In this document: piece after piece, positions 1-10,408 of the stretch
How positions within the stretch are numbered: the first letter of the stretch is position 1
How the letters are laid out: every line of letters starts with the position of its first letter
Virus record (IMG/VR): IMGVR_UViG_3300023184_005208
Location: 2,675-66,674 of that record
Source: a virus
Direction: 5' to 3' (one strand)
DNA length: 64,000 nt
The notes under the pieces: generated by a model
Database searches by the model: none
Seen by the model: the letters and a program-made list of their open reading frames with translations, nothing else
What the model was told of the DNA's origin: nothing
Position numbers and translations under genes: made by a program

Positions 1-365
1 ATGGTAAAGAAACATTTGACTATTACGTTGATAAGTTAGATATGTCTCCAGAAGAAGCGGTGGATAGAACAAAACAACAAGGAAAAGACCCGTCAGGTAA
101 AAAAGACGAGAAATCAAAATATAAGAACGACAAGAACTTTATTGCTAAAATGACAATTTCTGAAATTCAAAAACAGAAAATGATTAAAGTGGTTGAAGAT
201 ATTTTAATGGGTAAAAAGAAAACAGATAATTCTGAAGTTGGTAAAAGAGACGGAAGTGTTGAAGCATCTTCAATGATTAAAAGAAACATTAAGTCAGTTT
301 TAAAACAAGCTGAGAAAGAAGGGTTATCAAAAAAAGATATAATTAAATTGTTAGGAAGTGAATAA
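1..365 (+). CDS. hypothetical protein, 5'-truncated by window edge
   Basis: Frame is open from position 3 (GKETFDYYVDKLDMSPEE...) through the ORF 42..365; the stop overlaps the next start. Confidence 0.7.
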   Translation, partial: GKETFDYYVDKLDMSPEEAVDRTKQQGKDPSGKKDEKSKYKNDKNFIAKMTISEIQKQKMIKVVEDILMGKKKTDNSEVGKRDGSVEASSMIKRNIKSVLKQAEKEGLSKKDIIKLLGSE

Positions 366-834
366 AGATTTATACAATAATCCCAAAGGTGAGATAGAGT
401 TTCCAAAAGACAAACAGGAACATATGAAGAAATGTTTTCATATGGTCAAAGGTGCAAATGAGAATGTTGAGGGATTCAAAAGAAATCAAGAACTTCAAAC
501 TAAGAATTTTATCGATTACAAACAACTTAAAAGGATTAAAAACTTTTTTGATAATTTTAAAGGTAATCATAACGAACCATCTTTTGTATTGAACGGTGGA
601 GTTCTAATGAAAAATTGGGTTAATGATATCTTAAGAAAAATGAGACAAGGATTGGATTTAACCAAAAGAAACAAAGCTGATACTGGAATGCAGAATCAGT
701 ACATAAAGCCACACGAGAAAAAAGATTTTACAAATGTGAGACCTTCTCAGAAACACGCATCTACGCTACAAAAATATGATAGTGCCGTAACTGAGTCTTT
801 AAAAAGAATAAACGAACTAATTTCTAAATTATAA
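358..834 (+). CDS. hypothetical phage protein
   Basis: 158-aa ORF, GTG start overlapping the upstream stop; ends ...VTESLKRINELISKL, a tail seen in other genes here. Confidence 0.7.
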   Translation: MNKDLYNNPKGEIEFPKDKQEHMKKCFHMVKGANENVEGFKRNQELQTKNFIDYKQLKRIKNFFDNFKGNHNEPSFVLNGGVLMKNWVNDILRKMRQGLDLTKRNKADTGMQNQYIKPHEKKDFTNVRPSQKHASTLQKYDSAVTESLKRINELISKL

Positions 835-838
835 AAAC

Positions 839-1132
839 ATGGCACTAGAAATCGCAGTTGATTTAACACAAAATGAACCAAACGCATTGACAGCTATCGC
901 TGACATGGAGAGAGCTAAACTTATTCCAAGAAATGATTACAACGAAGAAGGTAATCCTTATTCATCTGTAAACCGTGATGCGGTTGCTGATGGAGATTCT
1001 ATGGGCAGAGGTACAGGAACTTTCTTGGATGTTTACAATGTAAACGCAGGAACCATCACCGATGTTGTTGAAAGAAAAAGTGAAATTAAAATAAACAAAT
1101 TTAATTCATCAAAACCTTATCCTAACTTTTAA
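839..1132 (+). CDS. hypothetical phage protein (possible virion protein)
   Basis: 97-aa ORF tightly packed in the operon. Confidence 0.65.
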   Translation: MALEIAVDLTQNEPNALTAIADMERAKLIPRNDYNEEGNPYSSVNRDAVADGDSMGRGTGTFLDVYNVNAGTITDVVERKSEIKINKFNSSKPYPNF

Positions 1133-1602
1133 TGAAACTACAACAATCACTTAAACTAGTTATAACCGAAATTGCATCTATGGATAGTATCATCGATGCG
1201 ATTAAAAACAGGCAAAGAGTCGTAATTTATTATGACGGAGACGAACCTGGCGGTAGAGGTATTAGAGAAATCGAACCCGTTTGTTTAGGTGTGAGTAAGT
1301 CAGGGAATAAAGTTTTAAGAGCTTGGGATAATGAAGGAGCCTCTCATACGGCTTATAAAGGAGAACAACCATTACCTGGTTGGAGATTATTTAGATTAGA
1401 CAAAATCTTATCTAATAAGCCGACTGGTGAGGTTTACAATGAAATAAGACCAGGTTATAATTTAAATGGCGACAAAAGTATGGTGAGTGTTATAATAAAC
1501 GCTAAATTTGATAACGTACCTCCACAACAAACCCCACAACCAACACAACAACCACAAGAAACTCAAACTACACCATCTCCAACACCAACCCCACAAACGT
1601 AA
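1132..1602 (+). CDS. stand-alone WYL-domain protein
   Basis: AIKNRQRVVIYY...REIEPVCLG...LRAW...WRLFRLDKI matches the WYL pattern; Q/P/T low-complexity tail. Confidence 0.8.
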   Translation: MKLQQSLKLVITEIASMDSIIDAIKNRQRVVIYYDGDEPGGRGIREIEPVCLGVSKSGNKVLRAWDNEGASHTAYKGEQPLPGWRLFRLDKILSNKPTGEVYNEIRPGYNLNGDKSMVSVIINAKFDNVPPQQTPQPTQQPQETQTTPSPTPTPQT

Positions 1603-1607
1603 TTATT

Positions 1608-2222
1608 ATGGACCAATTAATGTCAAAACTTGTTAACGCCAAAGCTATTATGAACGCAATGGATACTAAACCAAGAACAGCTCAAGGGGGATTACCTCCA
1701 ACATCTTTAGAACAACAATTTGATGTTCCAACTGCAAGATATAATATTCCTCAAGAATTTTTACAGGAACAACCATCACAACAAATGCAACCTTATTTAT
1801 CTCAACTACCAAGAGAGAATACAAAGCCAGTCGGTGTTCCAACTGTTGATGCAATCAAGAACTCAAAGTTACCTGATGAAATCAAAAAGTTAATGATGGA
1901 AAATCCTATTGCACAACCAGCACAACAAACTGCAACATTATCTGACGATTTGATTGAAAAAGCATCAAGATTAATGAGAGAAAATAATACAGGATATGTT
2001 CCTGAATCGGCAAAACCAAAAACAGCTCAAGCCCAACCAACATCTAATACACAAATTGATTATAAGTTAATCAAAAAGATGATTTCTCAAGCGGTTAATG
2101 AAGCATTAGAAGAAAATGGTTTATTAGTTGAAAGTACGGAAAAGTCTAACGAAATGTTCACATTTAAAGTTGGGAAACACATATTTGAAGGTAGAGTAAC
2201 AAAAATCAAAAAAACGTCTTAA
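1608..2222 (+). CDS. hypothetical phage protein
   Basis: 204-aa Q/P-rich ORF in the operon. Confidence 0.65.
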   Translation: MDQLMSKLVNAKAIMNAMDTKPRTAQGGLPPTSLEQQFDVPTARYNIPQEFLQEQPSQQMQPYLSQLPRENTKPVGVPTVDAIKNSKLPDEIKKLMMENPIAQPAQQTATLSDDLIEKASRLMRENNTGYVPESAKPKTAQAQPTSNTQIDYKLIKKMISQAVNEALEENGLLVESTEKSNEMFTFKVGKHIFEGRVTKIKKTS

Positions 2223-2276
2223 CCACTTTTCTTATTTGACATAAAGTATTATATTTTAAAAATAATATAAAAACTA

Positions 2277-3488
2277 ATGTCTAAAATTAATGTACTTGTA
2301 GTCCCATCTGATAAAACAGGAGTGGGCAAATTTAGGTCTGTTGACCCTCACGTTTTTTTACAAAATTTATATCCTGACGATTTTCATATTGACATCATAT
2401 ATGATGTCCCAATGAATAACATGGAGTTTTGGAAAAAATACCAAATTATTGCTTTCCACAGAAGTCTTAATCCTGATTTTGAAGCATCTCACGCATTAAT
2501 TCAAAAACTTAATGAGATGGGTATTGTCACCATTGATGATATCGATGACTACTGGATGCCAACAAAAGAACATCCAATCCATGATGTCATTAGATTTAAT
2601 AAAATCAATGAAAAGATTACCGCAAACCTTAAGGTTGCAAAATATGTAACAACAACTACAACAATCTTTGCGGATGAGATTATGAAATTGAATAAGAATG
2701 TTGTTATTTTCCCTAATGCAATTAACCCTAATGAATCTCAATTTAAAGAACCAACTCCTGAATCTGATAGATTAAGAATTGGTTGGTTAGGTGGTTCTTC
2801 CCACTTGCACGATTTACAATTATTAGACCAATCGTTTAGTAAGTTAACACAATATAAAGATAAATTACAATATGTCTTATGTGGATTTGATACGAGAGGT
2901 AGTGTAACTGAAATTAACCAACAAACAGGTGAACACAAGAAAAGAGATATTCTTCCTCATGAGACTGTTTGGGCTCAATATGAAAGAATATTTACACAAA
3001 ACTATTCTACTGTATCCGAAGATTATAAAAAATATTTAAATGTTTTCTCTCCTGAAGGATACCCAAATGAAATGAACGAACCATATTTGAGGGTGTGGAC
3101 AAGACCTGTCCAATCTTATGCTAAGAATTATTCAAAATTTGATGTATCTTTGGCACCGATTAAAAATCATATCTTTAACAGAATGAAATCTCAATTAAAA
3201 GTGATTGAAGCGGGATTCTATAAGAAAGCGATTATTGCATCTAATTTAGGTCCCTACACAATTGATTTGAAACATTGTTTGGACCACGGTAATTTTGTTG
3301 ATGGTAATGCATTATTAGTCGATGAAAACAGAAACCATTCTGATTGGGCTAAGTTTATTGAGAAGTTAGTTAAGAATCCAAACATGGCAAAAGATATGGG
3401 AGAAAGATTATACGAAACTGTTAAAGACAAGTATGATTTAAATGTTGTAACAAAAGCAAGAGCAGAATTTTATAAATCAATCGTATGA
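2277..3488 (+). CDS. GT-B fold glycosyltransferase (GT4-like)
   Basis: DIDDYW, IGWLGGSSHLHDL, DVSLAPI..HIFNRMKSQLKVIEAG motifs. Confidence 0.85.
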   Translation: MSKINVLVVPSDKTGVGKFRSVDPHVFLQNLYPDDFHIDIIYDVPMNNMEFWKKYQIIAFHRSLNPDFEASHALIQKLNEMGIVTIDDIDDYWMPTKEHPIHDVIRFNKINEKITANLKVAKYVTTTTTIFADEIMKLNKNVVIFPNAINPNESQFKEPTPESDRLRIGWLGGSSHLHDLQLLDQSFSKLTQYKDKLQYVLCGFDTRGSVTEINQQTGEHKKRDILPHETVWAQYERIFTQNYSTVSEDYKKYLNVFSPEGYPNEMNEPYLRVWTRPVQSYAKNYSKFDVSLAPIKNHIFNRMKSQLKVIEAGFYKKAIIASNLGPYTIDLKHCLDHGNFVDGNALLVDENRNHSDWAKFIEKLVKNPNMAKDMGERLYETVKDKYDLNVVTKARAEFYKSIV

Positions 3489-4186
3489 TAAATGTACCAT
3501 TAACAAAGTTTTTATTTTTAGATATTGAAACAGTTGGATGCGAATCCAATTGGGAAAATTTTAAAAAAAATAAAAAAGAACTTTCATTTCAATTTGAACA
3601 TATCCAAGACAATCTTAGAAAAAGATTTCCTGAGGAGGCTGATACCCCTATTGACCAATTGTTTGTTAATAGAGCTGCATTAGTTCCTGAATTCTTAAAG
3701 ATAGTTTGTGTTAGTGTTGCGTTTGTTATGGATGATGGTACCATTAAACTACAATCTTTCCACAGTGAAGATGAAGGTAAATTACTTTTAGACGTTCAAA
3801 AATTATTGAATCGTACAGGTGATTTAGGATTCTTTTTATGTGGCCATAATGTTAAAGGATTTGATATCCCAACATTGGCAAAACGTATGATGATGTACGG
3901 TTTGGAACCACCAAAATTATTACCAAGTTATGATACCAAACCTTGGGAAGTTAAAGCAATTGATACCAAAGACATATGGCAATATGGTGGTTATGGTCAA
4001 TTTGCATCCCTTGAATTGATGTGTGTTTGTATGGGTGTTGAGTCATCTAAGAATACAGAAGTAACAGGTAACAGAGTTCATGAAGCATATTGGATTGATA
4101 AAAATATTGAAGGCATCGTGAAATATTGTGAGAAAGATGTTGTGGTTTTAATAGAATTAATTAAAAAATTAAAAAAACTAAAATGA
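3485..4186 (+). CDS. 3'-5' exonuclease, PolB-exo-like (DEDDy)
   Basis: DIET (ExoI), HNVKGFD (ExoII), YCEKD (ExoIII). Confidence 0.85.
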   Translation: MINVPLTKFLFLDIETVGCESNWENFKKNKKELSFQFEHIQDNLRKRFPEEADTPIDQLFVNRAALVPEFLKIVCVSVAFVMDDGTIKLQSFHSEDEGKLLLDVQKLLNRTGDLGFFLCGHNVKGFDIPTLAKRMMMYGLEPPKLLPSYDTKPWEVKAIDTKDIWQYGGYGQFASLELMCVCMGVESSKNTEVTGNRVHEAYWIDKNIEGIVKYCEKDVVVLIELIKKLKKLK

Positions 4187-4797
4187 GCTTAGAAAACCAA
4201 ATAGACCCTGAAATGATGCAAAACATCATGGAACAATTTGAAAAAATTAAACAACAAGCCGGTATCGAACCTGATGATGAATCAAAAAAAGAAATTGAAG
4301 AATTATTAGGATTTACTATGGAAGAGTTTGATGTGGATATCAACAGAAGATTGAAAACAAGAACTCTCCAAGTTAAAAAAATACACGAAGATGCTGTTGA
4401 CCCATTTTACAATTATGAGTCAGATTCAGGATTTGATTTACATTCTGTAGAAGAAATCACATTAGAACCTCTTGGTAGAGGATTGGTTCCAACAGGATTA
4501 GTATTTGGTATACCTGAGGAATATGAAGTTCAGGTAAGACCTAAAAGCGGATTGGCTCTTAAACAAGGATTAACCGTTTTAAACACACCAGGAACTGTAG
4601 ATGCAGGATATGATGGTGAAATTAAAGTTATTGTTTTTAACACAACAAATAAATCAGTAACCATCAACAAAGGAATGAAAGTGGCTCAAGCCGTTCTTTG
4701 TCCCGTTATATGTGGAAAATACGTTGAAATAGAAATGGTTCAAACAATAACAAAAGGAGAACGTGGGGATAACGGATTTGGGAGCACGGGTATTTAA
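4183..4797 (+). CDS. dut: dUTPase (trimeric) with N-terminal extension
   Basis: SGFDL, RPKSGLA, GTVDAGYDGEI, AQAV, RGDNGFGSTG motifs 1-5. Confidence 0.95.
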   Translation: MSLENQIDPEMMQNIMEQFEKIKQQAGIEPDDESKKEIEELLGFTMEEFDVDINRRLKTRTLQVKKIHEDAVDPFYNYESDSGFDLHSVEEITLEPLGRGLVPTGLVFGIPEEYEVQVRPKSGLALKQGLTVLNTPGTVDAGYDGEIKVIVFNTTNKSVTINKGMKVAQAVLCPVICGKYVEIEMVQTITKGERGDNGFGSTGI

Positions 4798-4810
4798 TAA
4801 AAAATACAAT

Positions 4811-4981
4811 ATGGGAAAGTATTACGAAAATCTTGATGACCTAATTCAGTTAATCAAAAAAGTAGAAAAGAAACATCTTTTAGCTGAGTTTCTTTTAGAA
4901 TGTGTATTAACTGCCAAAATAACTCCCACAAAACCAACTCACGAAATTATTAAAGAAGCTAAGAAAAAATGGTTTAAATAA
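4811..4981 (+). CDS. small hypothetical protein
   Basis: ATG at 4811; stop overlaps the ATG at 4981. Confidence 0.55.
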   Translation: MGKYYENLDDLIQLIKKVEKKHLLAEFLLECVLTAKITPTKPTHEIIKEAKKKWFK

Positions 4982-6609
4982 TGATAACAGTAGGATATTC
5001 AACAAGAACCCCAAACCCTGAATTCACAGAATACTTAAAGAAAAGTTCAGGATTTAAAAAAATTAATGTAATAGAAAAAGTTAATAACGGAGAAAAATCT
5101 TTATCTCAAGTTTATAACGAAATTCTATCCGAGTCAGAAACTGACATAGTTGTATTTTGTCATGACGACATTTACTTTGATACGACAGGTTGGTACCACA
5201 AACTGATGAAACACTTTGATAAAAGTGATTTTGGTATTATCGGTATGGCGGGCACAACCAACATGCCTGCTAGCGGTCAATGGTGGGAAGATAGAAGAAA
5301 GATGGTTGGTATTGTGAACCACGAACACGAAGGTAAAAAATGGGTTTCAAAATATGCCGATGACTTAAATAACAATATTAAGGAAACTATAATGGTTGAT
5401 GGATTATTCTTTGCAGTTAGTAAAGAAAGATTAAAGTCAAACTTTGTCGAAGAGTTCCAAGGGTTCCATTTTTATGATGTTGCATTTTGTTTTGAGAACT
5501 TTCTTAAGGGTACTAAGGTCGGTGTAATAACTAACATTAGAATTACTCACAAATCTATTGGTCAAACTAACCAACAGTGGGAAGATAACAAACAATTATT
5601 TGCCAACAAATATTCTGAGTTTTTGCCAGCAAAAGTCGCTTTCGATAAGAACAGGAAGTTAAAGGTTTTAATCTCCTGTATGTTCTTCAAAACTTTAACA
5701 GGTTCAGAATTATATGTTTATGAACTTGCCAAAGGATTAAAAGCACTTGGCCATAGCGTTACAGTACTTTCTCAAATTGGAGGTCCTTTAACCGATATGG
5801 CAAAAAAATTAGGAATCAAATGTGTTTCATTTGAAGAAGCACCAGGATTTAAACTTGGAGATGGTAAGTGGGGATTCAATTCACCAGAAGGGTTTAAACC
5901 ATCAACTGAGAATGTTTTATACAGAGTATCAGAAGTTGATTTTGATATCATCCATATGCAACATAAACCTGTTGCAGAAAGAATGATTCAATTTTATCCT
6001 GAAATAGATAAGGTATATTCTATACACTCTGAGGTTATTGAATTAGAAGACCCAATCAAACACGAATCAATTAAAAAATACATAGCAATTAGGCCTGAGA
6101 TTAAGGATTATATTGTAAGAAATTTTGAAATACCTGAAGAAGAGATTGAGATAATTTATAATCCTGTGGATAATGAAAAATTTAAACCAGTTAAATCCGA
6201 GGTTAAAGATGCTGTTTTATTTGTTGGTACAATAGATTATCTAAGAAGAGAAGCTATAATGGATTTAATCGACTATACAAAAGATAACAATAAAGAATTG
6301 TGGTTAATGGGAGAAGATAAACAAAATTATTTATCAACCGTTTTAACACAACCCCATGTTAAATATTTTGAATCTGGTTGGAATGTTGAAAAATTAATTA
6401 ACCAATGCACAGAAACTGCAGGAATTCAATTAGGAAGAACCACAATTGAAAGTTGGTTATGTGGAAAACCAAGTTGGATTTATAGAGTTAACTCTTTAGG
6501 TAGTGTTGAATCCAAAGAAAAAACCGAAGTCCCGTCAGATTTAGAAAAATATTATACAACAAATGTTGTAAATCAAATAAAAGAAGAATACAATAAAGTC
6601 CTCTCGTGA
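4981..6609 (+). CDS. two-domain glycosyltransferase (GT-A/GT2-like + GT-B/GT4-like)
   Basis: N-terminal VFCHDDI...VDGLF...FHFYD; C-terminal TGSELYVYELAKGL..GHSV, YNPVD, LFVG. Confidence 0.85.
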   Translation: MITVGYSTRTPNPEFTEYLKKSSGFKKINVIEKVNNGEKSLSQVYNEILSESETDIVVFCHDDIYFDTTGWYHKLMKHFDKSDFGIIGMAGTTNMPASGQWWEDRRKMVGIVNHEHEGKKWVSKYADDLNNNIKETIMVDGLFFAVSKERLKSNFVEEFQGFHFYDVAFCFENFLKGTKVGVITNIRITHKSIGQTNQQWEDNKQLFANKYSEFLPAKVAFDKNRKLKVLISCMFFKTLTGSELYVYELAKGLKALGHSVTVLSQIGGPLTDMAKKLGIKCVSFEEAPGFKLGDGKWGFNSPEGFKPSTENVLYRVSEVDFDIIHMQHKPVAERMIQFYPEIDKVYSIHSEVIELEDPIKHESIKKYIAIRPEIKDYIVRNFEIPEEEIEIIYNPVDNEKFKPVKSEVKDAVLFVGTIDYLRREAIMDLIDYTKDNNKELWLMGEDKQNYLSTVLTQPHVKYFESGWNVEKLINQCTETAGIQLGRTTIESWLCGKPSWIYRVNSLGSVESKEKTEVPSDLEKYYTTNVVNQIKEEYNKVLS

Positions 6610-7316
6610 TAATATTAACAACAACATATAACTGTGCTCCTTATGTGGAAAGGTCTTTGTTAAGTATAATGTCACAAAGATTTAAAGACTTTACGTGTTA
6701 TATTACTGATGACTTATCTACGGATAATACAAGAGAAGTTATTAAAAAAACTATAGAAGGTGACTCAAGATTCATCTTAATAGAAAATCACATCAAATTA
6801 TATCAACCAGGAAATTACGACCAAATTATTAATTGGAGAGCAATACCTGGTGAAGAAATTTGCGTTGAGGTGGATGGTGACGACTGGTTACCTGACCCAA
6901 ATGTTTTTACAAGAATTAATGAAGTTTATCAAGATTCAAATGTTTGGATGACAAGTGGTTCATTCAAATACCACGATGGTAGACCCGGATTTGCAAAAGC
7001 ACCAACACAATTTACCAATATTAGAAAACAAACATTTACCTTATCTCATCTTAGAACTTGGAAGTCTTGGTTATGGAAAAAGATTAAAGAGGAAGATTTA
7101 AAAGATGAGAATGGTAATTATTGGAATGTTGCTGGAGATTTATCATTTATGTTCCCAATGTTTGAAATGTCTGGAGAGGAACATTATAGATTTCTACCTG
7201 AGATAAATTACATTTATAATGAGTCTAACCCCATCAATGACCATAAAGTTAATATGGGAAATGTGGTTAGTACTGTAAACAAAATAAGAAATAAAACCGA
7301 ATACGAAAAATTATGA
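6606..7316 (+). CDS. glycosyltransferase family 2
   Basis: TTYNC..YVERSLLSI.SQ, DDLSTDNT, VDGDDW. Confidence 0.9.
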   Translation: MIILTTTYNCAPYVERSLLSIMSQRFKDFTCYITDDLSTDNTREVIKKTIEGDSRFILIENHIKLYQPGNYDQIINWRAIPGEEICVEVDGDDWLPDPNVFTRINEVYQDSNVWMTSGSFKYHDGRPGFAKAPTQFTNIRKQTFTLSHLRTWKSWLWKKIKEEDLKDENGNYWNVAGDLSFMFPMFEMSGEEHYRFLPEINYIYNESNPINDHKVNMGNVVSTVNKIRNKTEYEKL

Positions 7317-7930
7317 CGCCAAACGAAAAATGGAACGCAGCTAGGGGCGATGACACTTTAATCATTGACTACCCTTTAGATGAAAATTCACAAGTTATTG
7401 AACTAGGTGGATATCATGGATTATGGACAAAAAGAATGTCACAAAAATTTAATTGTAATATTCTAACAATTGAGCCAATTCCAGAATTTTATAACAAGAT
7501 GATAAACGAATTTGATTACTATTTGAAAAATAATAGAGAAAAGATTAAAACGGAAAATTTTGGAATATCCACAGAAGAAAAAGAACTTACGTTCTCTGTT
7601 GATGGTGATGCAACATCTGCACACTTATCATCTTCAAACCAAATTACTATCACTTGTCACACTTTAGAACATTACCTACAAAAACATAACATTGAGAAGG
7701 TTGACCTTTTACAAGTTAATATTGAAGGAGAAGAATATCCTTTATTGGAAGAATGGACTAAGTCAGGAATTATTAATAAGGTAAAATATCTTCAGGTTCA
7801 GTACCACAGATATGGTGAAAACTATGAATCAAGACATAACAACATACAAGAAAGTTTAAAAAACTTAGGATTCAAATTAAGATATGAATTTGATTTTGTA
7901 TGGGAAGCATGGGAAAACACCAACATATAA
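7313..7930 (+). CDS. FkbM-family methyltransferase
   Basis: VIELGGYHG, IEPIP, VDLLQVNIEGEEY. Confidence 0.85.
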   Translation: MTPNEKWNAARGDDTLIIDYPLDENSQVIELGGYHGLWTKRMSQKFNCNILTIEPIPEFYNKMINEFDYYLKNNREKIKTENFGISTEEKELTFSVDGDATSAHLSSSNQITITCHTLEHYLQKHNIEKVDLLQVNIEGEEYPLLEEWTKSGIINKVKYLQVQYHRYGENYESRHNNIQESLKNLGFKLRYEFDFVWEAWENTNI

Positions 7931-7933
7931 TTT

Positions 7934-8752
7934 ATGAGTAACTTAATATCATGCAATTTAATGGGTGGTTTAGGTAATCAAATGTTTCAAGCGGGACACG
8001 CGTTAGCTCAAGGGTGGAAACATAACAGAGAAACTGTTTTCATTCCGAGGTCTTGGACTCCAATGCAAGGTAGAGAGACTTTTCATTACAAAGAAAATAT
8101 TTTTAGGAATTTAAAATTTGTTGACAATATTGACGGATTTACCAAAGTTCATGAAGGACCTTGGGAATTCTCAGAAATAAATCCTGTTGAAGATAATACC
8201 GTGTTTGAAGGTTATTTCCAAAGCGGCAAAAACTTATTAGGATTCAACGATAAGATTAGAGAAACTTTTGGACCGACAGAGCAATTCATATCTGAAATTA
8301 CTCATAAATATCCACAACTTAATCAAGATAATACAGCTTCGATTCATATTAGATTTGGAGATTACAAACAAAATCCGCACATACATCCGAGTGTTTCAAA
8401 AGAATACTTAGACAAAGCATTAGAAATGATTGGTTCATACAGTCATTTATTTTTGTTTGGTGACGATAAAGAATGGTTATCAAACAATTTTACCGGTGAC
8501 AATACCACTCTGGTAAATGAAGATGATTATGTGGATATGTGGATGATGTCTCTTTGTAAAAATAATATAATTCCGAACTCCACATTTTCTTGGTGGAGCG
8601 CATTCCTTAATAAAAACATAAATAAAAAAGTAATAGCACCGTCAATTTGGTTTGGTCCAAGTGGTCCTCAAAAATACTACGATATGTATGAACCTGATTG
8701 GACTAAAATGGACGTAATCTATTCTGACGGTGAATTAAAACCAACGAATTAA
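7934..8752 (+). CDS. alpha-1,2-fucosyltransferase-like (GT11)
   Basis: GGLGNQMFQ, GYFQS, HIRFGDY, NSTFSWW. Confidence 0.92.
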   Translation: MSNLISCNLMGGLGNQMFQAGHALAQGWKHNRETVFIPRSWTPMQGRETFHYKENIFRNLKFVDNIDGFTKVHEGPWEFSEINPVEDNTVFEGYFQSGKNLLGFNDKIRETFGPTEQFISEITHKYPQLNQDNTASIHIRFGDYKQNPHIHPSVSKEYLDKALEMIGSYSHLFLFGDDKEWLSNNFTGDNTTLVNEDDYVDMWMMSLCKNNIIPNSTFSWWSAFLNKNINKKVIAPSIWFGPSGPQKYYDMYEPDWTKMDVIYSDGELKPTN

Positions 8753-8753
8753 T

Positions 8754-9584
8754 ATGAGCGAAAAAATTAAAATTAGAAAAGTTTCCGATTATTGGGGAGA
8801 ACACGATTGTTCTTCTGCAAGAAACTTACCAAAGACATTACAGTGGTTAACAAAAGAAACAAACGAACCTTATGATACAAGTGTTTATGTTGATAACTAC
8901 ATCAGAGATTGGGGATTAAAAGACCCGTCAATGGAAAAGATTGGATGGTTGTTAGAATCTCCACAAATGAATGAAGGAACCATCAAATATATCAAGGAAA
9001 ACTTGGATATGATTAGAGAACATTATAAAATGATTTTTACTTGTATGGATAGTCTTTTAGAACTTGGAGAACCATTTAAATACACAATATCAAATGCGGT
9101 ACCTTGGATATGGCAAGAAAATAGAATGATTCACCCAAAAACTAAATTAGTTAGTATGATTGCATCAAATAAAGGATGGTTACGTGGTCATCAAAACAGA
9201 TTGAATTGGGTTGAAAAATTAAAAGATAAAGTTGATTTATTTGGTTCAGGTAGACCGAATCAATTAAAAGATAAGGAAGATGGATTGAGAGATTATATGT
9301 TTTCAGTTTCAATTGAAAACGACAACTCTCCAGGGTATTTTACAGAAAAATTAACAGACAATTTTGTCATGGGAACTGTACCTGTATATTGGGGTTCAAA
9401 AGAAATTGTTCACAAACATTTTGACCCAACAGGAGTAATCTTCTTAGAAGATGACCCAACATTGTCAACGTTATCTGTTGAAAAATATCAATCGATGATT
9501 CCTGCAATTGAAAGAAATTTCAAATTAGCTCAGGAACTTCCAATTGCGGAAGATTACTTTTTTGAAAAATATTTAAAAAAATGA
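8754..9584 (+). CDS. GT10-like (alpha-1,3/4-fucosyltransferase) protein
   Basis: YMFSVSIEN...YFTEKL.D.F..GTVPVYWG. Confidence 0.85.
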   Translation: MSEKIKIRKVSDYWGEHDCSSARNLPKTLQWLTKETNEPYDTSVYVDNYIRDWGLKDPSMEKIGWLLESPQMNEGTIKYIKENLDMIREHYKMIFTCMDSLLELGEPFKYTISNAVPWIWQENRMIHPKTKLVSMIASNKGWLRGHQNRLNWVEKLKDKVDLFGSGRPNQLKDKEDGLRDYMFSVSIENDNSPGYFTEKLTDNFVMGTVPVYWGSKEIVHKHFDPTGVIFLEDDPTLSTLSVEKYQSMIPAIERNFKLAQELPIAEDYFFEKYLKK

Positions 9585-10408
9585 AGTATCTAATTTTAGG
9601 TTCAGCAGGACAAATTGGCGCAGAACTTTGTGAATTCTTAAAAAAAGGAGGTCACGAAGTTTTAACCTTTGATGTCGAAGATGACCAAATACAAGATTTG
9701 AGAATTAAAGGAATGGTTGACTCTCGTGTAAGTGAGTCAGACTTTGTAATGTTTTTGGCATTTGATGTAGGTGGTTCAAGATACTTAAAAAAGTATCAGC
9801 ACACTTATGATTTTATTGATAACAATGCAAGACTTATGGTACACACATTTCAGGCATTAAAGTCATATAGGAAACCATTTATATTTGCATCATCTCAAAT
9901 GTCTAATATGTCTTATTCTCCTTATGGAGTTGCTAAGGCATTAGGAGAATCGTATACAAGAGCTTTAGGTGGTATCATAGTTAAGTTTTGGAACGTTTAT
10001 GGACCTGAACATAATTTAGAAAAATCTCACGTAATTACTGACTTTATCATTAAAGCTAAAGATTATGGTCATATCACAATGATGACCGATGGAACAGAAG
10101 AAAGACAATTCCTTCATGCTGAAGATTGTTCAAATGCGTTGATGATTTTATCTCAAAAGTATAATGAGATAGACAGAGATAAGGAATTACACATTACAAA
10201 CTTTGAGTGGAATACCATTTTAGATGTCGCAAACATTATAAATGAGGATATTCCTTGTAAAATAACCCCATCAAAAGAAACAGATACAGTTCAATTAAAT
10301 AAAAGAAATGAACCAGACCCATACATTTTAAATTATTGGAAACCGACTATTTCATTAAAAGAGGGAATTAAAAAAATTATAACTCAAATACAAAATGGAA
10401 CTATCTGA
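9581..10408 (+). CDS. NAD-dependent epimerase/dehydratase
   Basis: GSAGQIG, ASS, YGVAK, NVYGP. Confidence 0.9.
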   Translation: MKYLILGSAGQIGAELCEFLKKGGHEVLTFDVEDDQIQDLRIKGMVDSRVSESDFVMFLAFDVGGSRYLKKYQHTYDFIDNNARLMVHTFQALKSYRKPFIFASSQMSNMSYSPYGVAKALGESYTRALGGIIVKFWNVYGPEHNLEKSHVITDFIIKAKDYGHITMMTDGTEERQFLHAEDCSNALMILSQKYNEIDRDKELHITNFEWNTILDVANIINEDIPCKITPSKETDTVQLNKRNEPDPYILNYWKPTISLKEGIKKIITQIQNGTI

